Shown in pieces: positions 44,620 through 54,402 of a stretch of DNA of 64,000 nucleotides (within the stretch, counting starts at the first letter, position 1; the number at the start of each line of letters is the position of its first letter). The notes beneath the pieces are model-generated. The model made no database searches. It was not told the origin of the DNA and was given only the letters and a program-made list of their open reading frames with translations. The stretch comes from Myxococcaceae bacterium (GTDB lineage: Bacteria; Myxococcota_A; Polyangia; Polyangiales; Ga0077539): NCBI GenBank assembly GCA_028287085.1, contig JAQBQI010000114.1:6755-70754 (forward strand). The letters run 5' to 3'. Made by a program: the position numbers and the translations under genes.

Positions 44620-45447
44620 GTGCTTCTGTGCGGGTCCATGGACCGCTCGGCGTTACATCGACAGAGCCTCTTCAACTCTGGGGAGCGGCGCGAGGATCGC
44701 TCGTTTGCGACCTGGATGGCGATGGACTTCGGTCGACTTCTCGGCCAGTTCGGGATCTTCGGGCCCTATTGGTGCGCCACGAACCTGCAACGCGACGAGG
44801 TGTTCAGCGCCGTAGGCTGCGGCGATATCGATGCCCTGTTCGGACCGCTCCACGATCGGAGCTGGCAAGGAGCAACTGACTTTGTCGCCGCGTGCGAGAT
44901 CAAGGCATCCAAGTTTGACGGCGACCGTGGACTCAAGCGAACGCTGGAGAACCAGGGGCAAAAGATTGTCGAACAGCTTCGCCTGTTGGTCGATCGCGGA
45001 ATCGACCGCACCGCGTTCTTTCACCTGATCGTTACCAATCCGCGCGAAGTCCCGGGAGCTGGTCGCTGGAGTGTGTCCGGCCACGACTCCATGGCGGCGG
45101 TCGACGCGGCAAGGAAACGGCTGTTCAATCCGAGCGAGCTGCCGGGATGCGGATACTTTCGGACCTCGATTGCCGCGCTCCCTGGCGTTCCCGAGTATAT
45201 AGAAGGTGGTGCGGGTTGGTTCGATATCGTCGAATACGCGACGGACCATCCGTCGGCACGAGCGCCACAACCATGGCGCGAGACGCTGCGGTCTCTGCTC
45301 GATTCATTAGGTGATCCTGAGTTCTCTCCGTGCTTCATTCGGCGATGCGACAAATGTGACCAGCTGTATCAGCACCCGTGTTCGATCGGAGATCATCGCG
45401 AGGTCGAGCGGAGCCACGAGTTCAACTGCAACCGCGGGACGCGCTGA
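44620..45447 (+). CDS. Hypothetical protein with a PD-(D/E)xK-like nuclease motif and a C-terminal Cys/His cluster
   Basis: GCGDIDALFGP..(about 20 aa)..FVAACEIKASKF fits D...E.K. The C-terminus is CFIRRCDKCDQLYQHPCSIGDH. GC is lower than in the flanks. The start may be GTG 44620 or ATG 44638. Confidence 0.5.
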   Translation: MLLCGSMDRSALHRQSLFNSGERREDRSFATWMAMDFGRLLGQFGIFGPYWCATNLQRDEVFSAVGCGDIDALFGPLHDRSWQGATDFVAACEIKASKFDGDRGLKRTLENQGQKIVEQLRLLVDRGIDRTAFFHLIVTNPREVPGAGRWSVSGHDSMAAVDAARKRLFNPSELPGCGYFRTSIAALPGVPEYIEGGAGWFDIVEYATDHPSARAPQPWRETLRSLLDSLGDPEFSPCFIRRCDKCDQLYQHPCSIGDHREVERSHEFNCNRGTR

Positions 45448-45635
45448 ACCTGGCCAACCTATGGCGTCTGTCTACGCGGTACCGTGGTCGGCCCATACTT
45501 CAGTACCTGGGAGTTCCGACTGAGAATGCAAACACACGTCCAGGTGAAACGGGCACGCATCACGAGGGCGATTCGCCGAGGTCGGCTGGCGATGGGCGGC
45601 GGCCACTGTCGTTACCTGCACATTCGGTCGGGGCA

Positions 45636-46679
45636 TCAAGCGGCTGCGACCAACCTGTATTGGTCGTCAAGGTCTTCGGTACGAGGAGTTGTCGGGGATT
45701 CCCGCGTCGCAGAAGCAGACTCCTTGGCCGCCATCGGCACGGGGGCGAACGCGGGCGGCTTCTTACCGACCGCATCGAGCACGTCCTGGGGCACGGTCAC
45801 GGCGAGGCGGTGGACGGCCTCCCGACGGCGGGTGTCGACGAGGTGAAGGTAGCCGCGGGTCGTGTTCAGATCCGAGTGGCGGAGCAACTCGGCGACGGTC
45901 GCGAGGTCGGTGCCCGTCGTGAGGGCGAGCGTCGCGGCCGAGTGCCGGAGGGTGTGAGGGGTCACCTTCTTCGCCGTGCCCATCGAGGCGCGGAGTTTCA
46001 CGAACCAGTTCTCGACTGTCCGCGCCGCGAGCCGTTTGCGCCGCGCGGAGAGGAAGAGCGCCGGCTCCCCGACTGATGCCCGAGTTCCTCGCGCCCGTAG
46101 CCAGGCGGTGAGGAGCGTCACGGCAGGGACGTTCAGCGGGAGGTCATGGACCGTGCCTCCCTTCCCGTGGACCGAGAGCAGGGTGCCCGTCACGAGGTCG
46201 ACCTGCGAGAGATCGAGCCCGACGAGTTCGTGGACCCGGAGGCCTGTCTGGGAGAGCAGGCCGAGGATCGCGAGGATCTGGGGGCCTTCCCCTGCTGGCG
46301 GGCGTTCCGCGGCGGCTCGGAAGAGCTGCCGGAGTTCGTCCGCGCCCAGGAACGGAGGGTCTCGTGGGACTTTCCTGGTGAACCGGACCCCTTCGGTCGG
46401 GTTGGTTCCCCAGGTCTTCTCTCGGACGGCGACCTTCGCAAGGGATCTGAGCGCCGCGAGTTCCTGGTTCCGTGCGCTGGCGGCCCGACGGGCGCCGTCT
46501 CGCCGCGGCCGGGCGAGAAAGGTCTCGACAGCGACTGTGGTGGGCGCCGACCCGGAGAGTGTGCCGAGGAAGGCGCCCGCGATCTTGACGTAGGTCTGGA
46601 TGGTGCGAGCGGCGCGCTGGTCGCTCTGGAGGTTGGCCCGAAGGGCTGCGAGGTGATCCGACATCGTGAGGGTGATCAT
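45636..46679 (-). CDS. Tyrosine recombinase/integrase (XerC/D-like, 347 aa)
   Basis: There is an N-terminal SAM-like core-binding region (RTIQTYVKIAGAFL). The catalytic C-terminus reads GLRVHELVGL..HGKGG..HTLRHSAATLALTTGTDLATVAELLRHSDLNTTRGYLH. Confidence 0.85.
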   Translation of the reverse strand: MITLTMSDHLAALRANLQSDQRAARTIQTYVKIAGAFLGTLSGSAPTTVAVETFLARPRRDGARRAASARNQELAALRSLAKVAVREKTWGTNPTEGVRFTRKVPRDPPFLGADELRQLFRAAAERPPAGEGPQILAILGLLSQTGLRVHELVGLDLSQVDLVTGTLLSVHGKGGTVHDLPLNVPAVTLLTAWLRARGTRASVGEPALFLSARRKRLAARTVENWFVKLRASMGTAKKVTPHTLRHSAATLALTTGTDLATVAELLRHSDLNTTRGYLHLVDTRRREAVHRLAVTVPQDVLDAVGKKPPAFAPVPMAAKESASATRESPTTPRTEDLDDQYRLVAAA

Positions 46680-47095
46680 GCCGAACGAGCGCTCGGGCTC
46701 TGACGTTGTTCGTCGGCCTTTCTGCGTCGGTCAGAGAGGATCGGCACGGCAGTGATCGGAACGTGCCAGAGCGCGGTCCGGACATTCGTGAACTTCCCCC
46801 TGCGATCTTGCCGCGACGGCCCATGTTTAGTGTGGGTTATGCCGATATTGAGCCAGGGTAGACGCGCTGTGTCAATGTCAGTTGTCAACAATCAGTGGAC
46901 GTCTGCGGCCAATACAGGTTGGTCGCAATCTCCGACGCAAGCCAAGGCCTCCATGAGGCATGGACGCCGACCACGACAACACGCACCCCGACGGGTGCGT
47001 GTTCTGTCTCCGAGACGGGGAGTTCGACGAGCAGAGCTCGCGAAGGTGGTCACCTGGACCGGGGACAGCAGTCTCCACGACAGACGGAGCAGCGA

Positions 47096-49327
47096 ATGAT
47101 TCAGCGTGTGGCAGCCCTCGTGGTTCTCGGTCTTCTGATGGCGTGCAGTGGTGGCACGGCGACTGTTGACGCCGGAACCCAGATCCTTGGCGACAGCACG
47201 GTCGCGATGGATATCCTTGGGATGTCGGATGGCCCTTCAGACGAAGGCGGCAACGACAGCCCTCCCGCAGCGTGTTCGCCCGCGGACTGCAATGACGGCA
47301 TCAGCTGCACGAATGACCTGTGCGTGCAGGGCGCCTGCACGCACACGGCGGTTCCTTCCCTCTGTCCCGCAGGAGCCTCGTGCGATCTTCGTCTCGGATG
47401 TCAGATGGGGGCACCGTGCGGCGCCGACCGCGACTGCATAGACACGAACCCCTGCACGGTGAACGAGCGCTGCGACGCGAGCTCCCGGACCTGTCGCTTC
47501 GATACGCTCGATGGCGATGGCGACGGGCACGCACCGCGGGTCTGTGGCGGCGACGACTGCGACGACGCCCGGGCGGAAGTCCAGCCCACGAGCCGGGAGG
47601 CGTGCAACGGCCGTGACGACAACTGCAACGGGCAGGTCGACGAGGCGGCCGCCGTGGAGTCGTGCGCGACGCCGGGCACGCGAAGCGAACTCTACCGCTG
47701 CACAAGTGGCACCTGCAGTTGTCGACCGGAGAACCTCTGCCTCGGCGACTGCACCGACCTCACGAACAGCCGCTACCACTGCGGAGGCTGCGGCAGGGCG
47801 TGCCCGATGCGCGCGGACTGCGCCGATAGCCATTGCGTCTGCCCGGCCCCGACCTCCACGCTCTGCGGGTCGGAGTGCGTCAACACGCAGACCGACGCGA
47901 TGAACTGCGGGTCGTGCGGACACGCGTGCCCTGCGGTGACGGGAACGGCGGCTTGCGTGGGAGGCGTTTGCGTCTGCCCGGCACATGAGCGCGCTTGCGG
48001 TTCGGCCTGCGTCGCACTGGAGCGTTCGGAGACGAACTGTGGGGCCTGCGGGACCAGTTGCACGCCAGGTACGACCTGCGTCGGAAGTGCGTGTCGCTCG
48101 CTGTGGTCGCAGGCATTTCCCGCGGCGCTTCGATTCGCGGACGACCCGCCGCGAAGTCGGAACGCAGAGGGTACGGCGGTGGCCACCGACGCCTCGGGCA
48201 ACATCTATATCACGGGCTACTTCCAGGGCAGCATCGACTTCGGTGGCGGCCTCATCCAAAGCTCGAGCGGGGGCGATCAGAGGACGAACGTGGGCTTCGT
48301 CGCGAGCTTCACCTCACAGGGGATCTACCGCTGGGCCACAAGCCTGAGTGGGCAGGGAGCTGTCAGCGGACTCGCGATCTCGGTCAACCGTGCGGGCGAC
48401 GTGGTCGTGGGAGGAAGTTACGCCTACGGGTTCTATCCCGTGGCCAGGGCCGGGCTCAACGGCATGTTCCTCATGAGCTTCGCGCCTGATGGCACCACGC
48501 GCTGGGCGCACGCCTACCCGATGGTGAGCTTCTATGGCATGGCTCTCACCCACGATGCGGCCGGGGCCTTCTATGCCGTGACGGCCTACCGCGGTTCCAC
48601 GAACTTCGGCGGTGTCGACATCGAAGCCACGGACGGCCCCAACACGGTCCTCCTCAGCCTGACCGCGATGGGTACTCACCGCTGGTCGCGTCGTGTGGAT
48701 CTCACCTCGGGCTACCGCCTCTCGCTCGCAGCGGACGCGGGCGGGACGCTCTACCTCGGAACGATCATCGGGTCGTCCATGGTGCTTCGAAGCTTCACGA
48801 ACGTCGGAGAGACGCGGTGGGCGAGGAGCTACGGTTCCACCGCATCCGACGATCGCCTTGGTGTCGACGTGGACTCGACCGGAAACGTCTTCGTCACGGG
48901 GACGATCACCGAACCACTCCCGATCGCCGGCACGACGCTGATGCCGGTGGGGGGATTCGGTGTCGAGAACGTCTTCGTCCTCGCGCTCACCGCCGAGGGC
49001 ACCGCCCGCTGGGCTCGGTCGTATCCGAACCTCGACACGACGGCGCCGAGCGTCGACCCCCGCGGGAATGTTCGCGCCGCCGTCCAACGGACTGCGGTGT
49101 ACCCGTCGGACTTCGGCGGAGGGGCGTTGAGGGAGGGGAGCGATTGGATTCTGAGCCTGACCGGAGCGGGGGAGTATCGCTGGAGCCGTGCCATTACCCC
49201 AGTTCCTGCCGGTTCTCTCGCGGTCTCTCAGATGAACGCGGTCGCCAGTGACGCCACCGGTGCGCTCGTTGTCGTGGGCACGCGCGGTGCGGACAGCGTG
49301 CTCTTGATGCGATACGCGGTGGAGTGA
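47096..49327 (+). CDS. Secreted lipoprotein with Cys-rich repeats (MopE-like metal-binding-type motif, CGxCG repeats) and beta-propeller-type repeats
   Basis: The signal peptide and lipobox are MIQRVAALVVLGLLMAC. It contains DGDGHAPRVCGGDDCDDARAEVQPTSREACNGRDDNCNGQVDE and three NCG.CG..C.....C....C.C units. Repeated ..D..GN.(Y/F).TG.. blocks follow (ATDASGNIYITGYF, VDSTGNVFVTGTI). Confidence 0.8.
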   Translation: MIQRVAALVVLGLLMACSGGTATVDAGTQILGDSTVAMDILGMSDGPSDEGGNDSPPAACSPADCNDGISCTNDLCVQGACTHTAVPSLCPAGASCDLRLGCQMGAPCGADRDCIDTNPCTVNERCDASSRTCRFDTLDGDGDGHAPRVCGGDDCDDARAEVQPTSREACNGRDDNCNGQVDEAAAVESCATPGTRSELYRCTSGTCSCRPENLCLGDCTDLTNSRYHCGGCGRACPMRADCADSHCVCPAPTSTLCGSECVNTQTDAMNCGSCGHACPAVTGTAACVGGVCVCPAHERACGSACVALERSETNCGACGTSCTPGTTCVGSACRSLWSQAFPAALRFADDPPRSRNAEGTAVATDASGNIYITGYFQGSIDFGGGLIQSSSGGDQRTNVGFVASFTSQGIYRWATSLSGQGAVSGLAISVNRAGDVVVGGSYAYGFYPVARAGLNGMFLMSFAPDGTTRWAHAYPMVSFYGMALTHDAAGAFYAVTAYRGSTNFGGVDIEATDGPNTVLLSLTAMGTHRWSRRVDLTSGYRLSLAADAGGTLYLGTIIGSSMVLRSFTNVGETRWARSYGSTASDDRLGVDVDSTGNVFVTGTITEPLPIAGTTLMPVGGFGVENVFVLALTAEGTARWARSYPNLDTTAPSVDPRGNVRAAVQRTAVYPSDFGGGALREGSDWILSLTGAGEYRWSRAITPVPAGSLAVSQMNAVASDATGALVVVGTRGADSVLLMRYAVE

Positions 49328-49361
49328 GGCGGCGACCGGCGCCGACCCGTCATGAAAAGAA

Positions 49362-49391
49362 GCGCCCGGTCTCCTGAGCTGGAGCCGGGCG
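49362..49391. terminator. GC-rich hairpin between convergent genes (candidate bidirectional terminator)
   Basis: The stem is gcgcccggtctcc (49362-49374), the loop is tgagct, and the other arm is ggagccgggcg (49381-49391), with one bulged base. It lies 35 nt after the lipoprotein stop and 14 nt before the DUF932 stop. There is no clear U-tract. Confidence 0.45.
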
Positions 49392-49404
49392 TAGAGGGAA
49401 GGGG

Positions 49405-50469
49405 TCAGCTGGGCGTGGCGGCGAGGTAGTCCCCGGCGAGGCGCTCCATGGCGAATCGCACGTCGGGGTCCTTGTTCGTCTCGTGGGCGACGAGGGTGAT
49501 GGCCTGCACCACGCCGAAGCGCGAGAGATCACCATCCCGGAGCACGACCCGCTGGGCCTCTTCGAGGAGGGCCTTCGGCACTTCCGCCGAGTCGCCCAGG
49601 ATCGCGGCTACGGCGTCGTCGGGGTGGGGGACGGGCGTCCGCTTCGCCGACTGCATCCAGGCGAAGGCCGCGGCCCAGCGCTCGGGGAGCCGACCCACGG
49701 CGATCACGAGCGCGGCCGCGAGCTGGTCGTCCTCGATCGCACGGTGGGTGCGGTAGAGCGAGCGCTTGCCGCCGACGCGGACCATGAGCCCGTTCAGGCA
49801 GACCAACCGCATCCAGTGGTCGTCGAGCGAGAGCGCCGAGGCACCGACCTCGGAGTTTCGCAGGTGGAACCCGGGGTGGAGGAGTTCACCGTCGAGGTCG
49901 AAGGCCTCGACGTGGACGGCGGTGTAGTGCGTCGTCGAGTCGGTGAACACCACCGAGCTGAAGCGGTACTCGTCGAGGAGCCCCCGCATCATGGTGTTCA
50001 TCCGCTCGAAGATGCGCGCGTCGTCGATCGGCGTGAACGTCGGCGCGAGGAAGGCCCGGGCGACCCCGTCGGCCTGCCCGTCGCGGTCGGCCCAGGCGCG
50101 GATCTTCTTCTCACCCGGCGTGCGCTGGAATCGGCGGTTCACCTCCTCGGCCCGCTCCTCGCCCGACGCGCTCTGGAACCATCGGTCCCAGCGGAGGCCG
50201 AGCATCGAAGCGAGGCCGCGCCGTGCGTGCGGGTTCAGGCGGTAGCAGAGCGCGCCGGGGAGGGTGATGTTCCCCGCGGGCGTCATGCGGAGGTCGGCGA
50301 CGTGCACCACCTGGTCGGGCAGCATCTCGCCGGAGCGATGCATGACGTCCTGGTACACGTCCGCGAAGGAGCGGCCCCGGACCGCGGTCGGCGGTGGTGG
50401 GGGTGGCGGCGCCGGCGGGGGCGCCACCGCGAGTGCGACGGCGGGAACGGTCGAAATGCGTGCGTTCAT
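49405..50469 (-). CDS. DUF932-family protein (mobile-element associated), 354 aa
   Basis: Starts MNARISTV, preceded by a GAGG RBS. The characteristic core is HPGFHLRNSEVGASALSLDDHWMRLVCLNGLMV. The ORF is open further upstream to 50868, but that extension is Arg/Pro/Ser-rich junk. Confidence 0.65.
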   Translation of the reverse strand: MNARISTVPAVALAVAPPPAPPPPPPPTAVRGRSFADVYQDVMHRSGEMLPDQVVHVADLRMTPAGNITLPGALCYRLNPHARRGLASMLGLRWDRWFQSASGEERAEEVNRRFQRTPGEKKIRAWADRDGQADGVARAFLAPTFTPIDDARIFERMNTMMRGLLDEYRFSSVVFTDSTTHYTAVHVEAFDLDGELLHPGFHLRNSEVGASALSLDDHWMRLVCLNGLMVRVGGKRSLYRTHRAIEDDQLAAALVIAVGRLPERWAAAFAWMQSAKRTPVPHPDDAVAAILGDSAEVPKALLEEAQRVVLRDGDLSRFGVVQAITLVAHETNKDPDVRFAMERLAGDYLAATPS

Positions 50470-50614
50470 GGAGACCTCGGTTTCTCGAAGGAAGCGCGTG
50501 CCTTCTGCACCATGCAGGGTGGGCGCTTCTGTCGAGGAAGGAGGTGGAGAACGCGCAGGCGGAGGGCATGCGGTTCTCCCAAGAGGGAGAGGGAAGGGGT
50601 TGAAGGCGCGGCGG

Positions 50615-51613
50615 TCAGGGGCGCTCGTGGACGACGTTGAAACGGCGGATGAAGCTCCGCAGCGTCGAGCGGGCGACGCCGAGGCGGCGGGCCGTGGCGG
50701 AGATGCTGCCGTGGTCGGCTTCGAGCATCCCGGCCACCATCGTCGCGTGCGCTCCGTCGAGCGTCTCCCGGCGTGCGCTGGGCTCGTCCTCCAGGGCCTC
50801 CTTGATGTGACGGCCCGTGAGGACGGGCGATGCGGCTTGGATTGCGGCCCGGTGCAGCACGTTCGCAAGCTGACGACAGTTGCCCGGCCAGCCGTAGTCC
50901 ATGAGCGCCTGGACCGCGGTCGGGTCGAGCGCGCGTTGACCCACCTCGGGCCCGAGGCGTTTGAGGAAGTGAGGGCCGAGGTCGATCACGTCCCGGATGC
51001 GGTGACGGAGTGGAGGCAGACGGACGACGAGGGTGTTGAGGCGGAAGAAGAGGTCCTCGCGGAAGCGCCTCAGCCGAACGAGTGCGCCGAGGTCCCGGTG
51101 GGTCGCGACCACGAGGCGGACGTCCACGGCCTTTTCGCGCTCGCCGCCGACGGGGCGCACCGTGCGGGCCTCCAGGACGCGCAGGAGCGCCGCCTGGGTG
51201 TCGGGCATGAGCTCGCCGACCTCGTCGAGGAAGAGCGTCCCCCGGTCGGCCTGCTCGAAGAGACCGCGGTGCCGGGCGTGGGCGCCGGTGAAGGCGCCCC
51301 GTTCGTGGCCGAAGAGCTCGGTCGACAGCAGGCCGGGCGAGGTCGCAGCCATGTTTGCCGCGACGAGGGGGCCTCGCCTTGCTCGCGGTGAGAGCGCGTG
51401 GAGGGCGCGGGCCACGAGCTCTTTGCCGGTGCCCGTCTCGCCCGCGATGAGCACCGTGGCCGAGGTGGGGCCGTAGCGACGGAGGCCGTCACGCACGCGG
51501 ATCATGGCGGGGCTTCGGCCGAGGAGGCCCAGGCCGTCGATCGGATCGGGCGCCGGCTCCACGTCGAGATCGTGTGTCCGGTCTAGCGGGCCGGGCTGTG
51601 TGGTCTGTTCCAT
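50615..51613 (-). CDS. Sigma-54-dependent transcriptional activator (bEBP) without an N-terminal sensor domain
   Basis: An AAGGAG RBS precedes ATG 51613. The AAA+ core is LIAGETGTGKELVARALH, ELFGHERGAFTGA (GAFTGA loop), GTLFLDEVGEL. The C-terminal Fis-type HTH is ISATARRLGVARSTLRSFIRRF. Confidence 0.85.
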   Translation of the reverse strand: MEQTTQPGPLDRTHDLDVEPAPDPIDGLGLLGRSPAMIRVRDGLRRYGPTSATVLIAGETGTGKELVARALHALSPRARRGPLVAANMAATSPGLLSTELFGHERGAFTGAHARHRGLFEQADRGTLFLDEVGELMPDTQAALLRVLEARTVRPVGGEREKAVDVRLVVATHRDLGALVRLRRFREDLFFRLNTLVVRLPPLRHRIRDVIDLGPHFLKRLGPEVGQRALDPTAVQALMDYGWPGNCRQLANVLHRAAIQAASPVLTGRHIKEALEDEPSARRETLDGAHATMVAGMLEADHGSISATARRLGVARSTLRSFIRRFNVVHERP

Positions 51614-51787
51614 GGACTCTCCTTCTTCGGGGCGAGAGGAAGGAGCGGGATGCTCCCGCTGGCTCACCACGAAGAGGTCGAGGAAGAACGATGGGTGCGC
51701 CCCGCTCCCGTGCCGTCGCTGCTTCTCGATGACGGTACTGGCGGAGGCGACGATCGAGGGGAGGGGGAAGATCGACCGGCCTCCCGA

Positions 51788-53083
51788 TCACCGAAGGGGG
51801 AGCTGGTTCGCGATGTCGGCCTCGACGCAAGGACGCGGCCTTCCGTACCGCTCCTGTGAGGCGAGACGGATGGTTGTCGCTCGGGCGCTACGGGCCTCGA
51901 CCGTGAGTGGAGGAAGGGTGAGCGCCGTGAAGGGCCGGCTCATGCTGCCGTCCACGCCCAGGCGGAGCGCGATCTGGTGCGGCGCGAGGCGGGTGAGGTC
52001 GTCCGCGCTGAACTCGGGCCTGAACTCCCGGCCGAGAGTCTCCGCGTCCTCGGCCCCGAGCTGGAAGGCGATGAGGGTCCCGACGTTCCCCATCACCGCC
52101 CGCCGAAGGTCGTCGTCGAGCTGCCCGAGGTACTGATGGGCAAGGACGAGCCCGAGCCGATACTTCCGCGCCTCCGCGAGCAGCTGACCGAATGATGGCG
52201 TCGTGAATGACGCGAACTCGTCGATGTAAAGCGTGAACGGCCGCCGCGCCTCGATGGGCTGGTCCGCCCGGCCGTAGGCGGCGAGCTGGAAGCGCGTGAG
52301 GAGGATGGAACCGAGAAGAGCGGAGGCGTCCTCGCCGATGCGCCCCTTCGAAAGGTTCGCGATGAAGATCCTCCCGGCGTTCATGGCCTCGGCGCAGGAG
52401 AGGGTGCTCGTGTGCTGGCCTACGATGTTGCGGAGCAGCGGGTTCGTCAGCACCGCCGCGACCTTGTTCTGCGCAGGGCTCACGACCTCGGCGAGGAACG
52501 CCTTTGGGTAGGCCATGAACTCGTGCGTCCAGTAGAAGCGCACGACCGGATCCCGCAGCTGGGACGTCACCCGGGCCCGGTAGCGCTCGTCGCCGAGCAT
52601 GCGCATCACCCCGAGAAGAGTCGAGCCACGGACCTCGAGCAGGGCGAACAGCGTGTTGCGCAGGACGCTCTCCAGGCGGGGTCCCCAGAAGTCTGCGAAG
52701 ACCTTGCGGAAGACCGAGAGGATGGCGGAGACCACGAGCGGCCGGTGCCTGAGCTCCCCGTGCTCCAAGAGGTTCAGGCCCACGGGGTGCTCGATATCGG
52801 CTGGGTCGAAGAGCACGACCTCGTTGGTTCGATGCCGAGGAACCAAGTCGAGGACGCGCTCGGCGAGATCGCCGTGCGGATCGAGGAGTCCGATGCCGTG
52901 GCCTGCCCGGACCTGGGCCACGATCAGGCGCTCGAGGACTGTGGACTTTCCGGTGCCGGTCCGGCCGATCGCGTAGAGGTGTCGAGAGAGGTCGGCGGGC
53001 CGGATACCAAACACCCGCCCCCGTTGGTGGCGGTGGTCGACCGCCGCGAAAAGAAGCGGGTGTTCGTGGGGGTGGATGGACAT
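51788..53083 (-). CDS. Conjugative coupling-protein-like ATPase (TraD/TrwB/VirD4-type P-loop, no TM region), 431 aa
   Basis: The start MSIHPHEHP is chosen at ATG 53083. Walker A is YAIGRTGTGKSTVLE. Walker B region is FTLYIDEFASF. Then LAEARKYRLGLVLAHQYLGQL, typical of TraG/TraD-family C-terminal modules. Confidence 0.6.
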   Translation of the reverse strand: MSIHPHEHPLLFAAVDHRHQRGRVFGIRPADLSRHLYAIGRTGTGKSTVLERLIVAQVRAGHGIGLLDPHGDLAERVLDLVPRHRTNEVVLFDPADIEHPVGLNLLEHGELRHRPLVVSAILSVFRKVFADFWGPRLESVLRNTLFALLEVRGSTLLGVMRMLGDERYRARVTSQLRDPVVRFYWTHEFMAYPKAFLAEVVSPAQNKVAAVLTNPLLRNIVGQHTSTLSCAEAMNAGRIFIANLSKGRIGEDASALLGSILLTRFQLAAYGRADQPIEARRPFTLYIDEFASFTTPSFGQLLAEARKYRLGLVLAHQYLGQLDDDLRRAVMGNVGTLIAFQLGAEDAETLGREFRPEFSADDLTRLAPHQIALRLGVDGSMSRPFTALTLPPLTVEARSARATTIRLASQERYGRPRPCVEADIANQLPLR

Positions 53084-53386
53084 GAGCGTGGGCTGCCGCC
53101 CTCCGGCATGGCGCCCTCGGCGGTGGACTGCCCCGCGAGGGCGGCCACCTCCGCTCCGGGCAGCCGAAGACGGAAACGACCGGGCGTGTGGTGGCGCCGG
53201 GTCGCCCGGAGGGCGGCCCGCGGACTGCGTCGTGCCGGGAGGGACATCGCGGATCCTGGCGGAGGTGGTCCCTTCGTCGATGGCGCGGCGTGGGCGAGTA
53301 GCCGACGCGCCGACGGGCATCACGACGGGGTCCCTGCGTGGCAGCTGGGAGGACGACGCGCGCCGGCCGACGTCCTCAGGCCGCGG

Positions 53387-54250
53387 TCAATCCTCCAGGC
53401 ACTCCTCCTCGCACTCCTCGTCGGCGCCGGAGTCGTCTACCCCGTCGTCTTCGTAGGGAGGCGGGGCCGGGTCGGCCGGGCGTCGGGATACGACGGGCGG
53501 TGAGGCGGGGACGGGCGGCGCAGGCTCGCTGGGGACGGTCTCGGCGAACCACGTGCGCAGGGCGCGATCCATGGCAGGGCGCAGCGAGGTCAGGGGCGCC
53601 CAGACGCCGCGGCCGTCGGGGACCGTCGTCCCGCTCACGACCGCGACGACGGCGCCTCCAGCGTCGAGCAACGGGCCGCCGCTGTCGCCGTGCGCGAGCA
53701 GGTTCGGTTGAGAGCGGGCGAAGAACGGCATGTCGAAGCGCCGACGCCCCGTGCTGCGGCCGTCGTGCGACGTCTGGCCGTAGCCGAAGGCGGTCACGTT
53801 GGCCTCATCTCGCGGGGCGCGCGTCGCGATCGGCGCCGGCCGCGCGAGCTCCGCGGGGACGGGCTCGGCGAGCTGCGCGAGCGCCACGTCCGAGGTGCCA
53901 GGCCGGCTGTGCGCACACCAAACCTGCTGGATGTGGAACACGCGCGGGCGGCCGTCTTCGGACTGGACCTCGAACGATGCGGCCAGAGCGCCGTCGCGGC
54001 AGTAGTCCAGGCAGTGGGCGGCGGTGATGACGAGGTCAGGGCGCTGCAGCAGCGTTCCTGTACAGGCGGAGATGACGCGGGCGCCCGGGTAGCCGATCCG
54101 CACGAGGCCGACCTCCCGGTGCTCGGACGTCTCCGTGCCTCGCAAGAGCAGGGGGTCGATGCGGGTCGAGAGGCCGAGTGGATCTCCGCGCGTCGTGCCC
54201 GTGACGGCGAGGACTGCCAGCCCGGTCGCGAGTCTTGAACCCAGGTGCAT
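53387..54250 (-). CDS. Secreted trypsin-like (S1) serine protease with an acidic Cys-containing tail
   Basis: The signal-like N-terminus is MHLGSRLATGLAVLAVTG. The catalytic triad context is VITAAHC, SDVALAQL, GDSGGPLL. The C-terminal tail is PPPYEDDGVDDSGADEECEEECLED. Confidence 0.8.
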   Translation of the reverse strand: MHLGSRLATGLAVLAVTGTTRGDPLGLSTRIDPLLLRGTETSEHREVGLVRIGYPGARVISACTGTLLQRPDLVITAAHCLDYCRDGALAASFEVQSEDGRPRVFHIQQVWCAHSRPGTSDVALAQLAEPVPAELARPAPIATRAPRDEANVTAFGYGQTSHDGRSTGRRRFDMPFFARSQPNLLAHGDSGGPLLDAGGAVVAVVSGTTVPDGRGVWAPLTSLRPAMDRALRTWFAETVPSEPAPPVPASPPVVSRRPADPAPPPYEDDGVDDSGADEECEEECLED

Positions 54251-54402
54251 GGCGGTGACTCCGAGGTGAGGGACCTCAGCAGTGTGGTGCAGATCGCCCC
54301 GCTCGCAAGGCGAGGTCGAGCCAGGGACCCGCGGGGCGACCTACGCTGCGCGAGGAGATCGACGCGAGGCGCCTCCGACTTCATCGCCGCGAACCCAGGT
54401 CG

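Noticed and set aside
44153-44879. Overlapping ORFs 44153-44593 (+), 44156-44467 (-) and 44466-44879 (+) downstream of module Y.
   Set aside because: Their composition is Arg/Ser/Pro-rich, they have no motifs, and they are mutually exclusive with each other and with the better 44620-45447 frame.
49380-49399. The left-hand copy of the tRNA-like att sequence, considered as a firm element boundary.
   Set aside because: There are only 17 matched bases with 3 inserted bases, and the segment doubles as one arm of the intergenic hairpin. It is reported as tentative inside a finding rather than as a feature.
50488-50506. Sigma-54-like motif AGGCACGCGCTTCC (minus strand) just upstream of the DUF932 gene, near the bEBP gene.
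   Set aside because: The -12 element reads TTCC rather than TTGC, and the spacing is again one nucleotide short, so it does not meet the -24/-12 consensus. It is worth rechecking computationally only.
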